From the IMG/VR virus record IMGVR_UViG_3300036771_000101, positions 1 to 64,000 of that record: DNA of 64,000 nt. One strand, given 5' to 3'. Origin of the DNA: a virus. This document shows positions 63,636 to 64,000 of this stretch, piece by piece (position 1 is the first letter of the stretch; each line of letters starts with the position of its first letter). The notes beneath the pieces are model-generated. The model searched no databases and had not been told where the DNA came from. It saw only the letters and a list, made by a program, of their open reading frames with translations. The position numbers and the translations under genes are program-made.

Positions 63636-63917
63636 TCAGTATTCCGCAACGGTCGTGCGGTCAGGATCGTCGGCGAAGGTTGCATAGGTGTCGACCGCGG
63701 CGAGTTTCCCTTCGAACACGGCACACACCCACAGCACCCCACCCTTCTCGTTCGCGGTCAGCTGCACAAGATCCTCTGCTTGTCGTGGCGACGCGGCGGA
63801 GACGTGCTCCATGTACCGCTCCTTCGTCTCCGGCCACACACCGCACACCGTGTAGTAGTTCTGGAGTTCCTCGATCTTGTTCAATGCCGCGTCGATCGGG
63901 TCACCGTCCACCGCCAC
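63636..63917 (-). CDS. hypothetical protein
   Basis: 93 aa with good codon bias. Confidence 0.55.
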   Translation of the reverse strand: MAVDGDPIDAALNKIEELQNYYTVCGVWPETKERYMEHVSAASPRQAEDLVQLTANEKGGVLWVCAVFEGKLAAVDTYATFADDPDRTTVAEY

Positions 63918-64000
63918 GACCTCCTTCCACTATGCACAACGTGCGTAGTGATTGATCAGTGAGCGTTCCGCACGCCCGGATCTTCTCCACCTTCAAGTCG

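Noticed and set aside
1-64000. tRNA, integrase/att site, endolysin/holin, terminase/portal
   Set aside because: No recognisable motifs found by eye; they probably lie outside the window, so lifestyle cannot be determined.

Overview
High-GC fragment of a large tailed (siphovirus-type) phage, probably infecting an actinobacterium; the GYW-x(4)-DGGVF repeats point to Acidimicrobiia. The + strand from 1 to ~53.9 kb is a morphogenesis module. It holds scaffold, decoration and major capsid genes, a first fibre/adhesin cluster (6-19 kb), and head-tail connectors. The major tail protein follows and apparently starts at CTG. After it come a -1 frameshifting tail chaperone, a 1773-aa tape measure, Dit, a hub protein and a second very large fibre/receptor-binding cluster (33-54 kb). 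A minus-strand islet (2.64-5.97 kb) interrupts the module directly after the capsid gene. It contains a ~1.1-kb non-coding array of ~25 units, each an 8-nt CGACTNNN anchor followed by phased C-N-N-S-Y pentamers, which is the top candidate for a novel guide-RNA-like system. It also contains antitoxin-like genes and a degenerate PIN gene. From 54 to 64 kb are mostly leftward small accessory genes (DUF6192/RacP-like pair, DNA methyltransferase, HNH, lipoprotein, cupin) and two rightward DUF6416-like regulators behind divergent promoters. No terminase, portal, integrase, lysin, tRNA, Cas or reverse transcriptase gene was recognised. All product calls come from motif recognition and synteny; no database searches were run.
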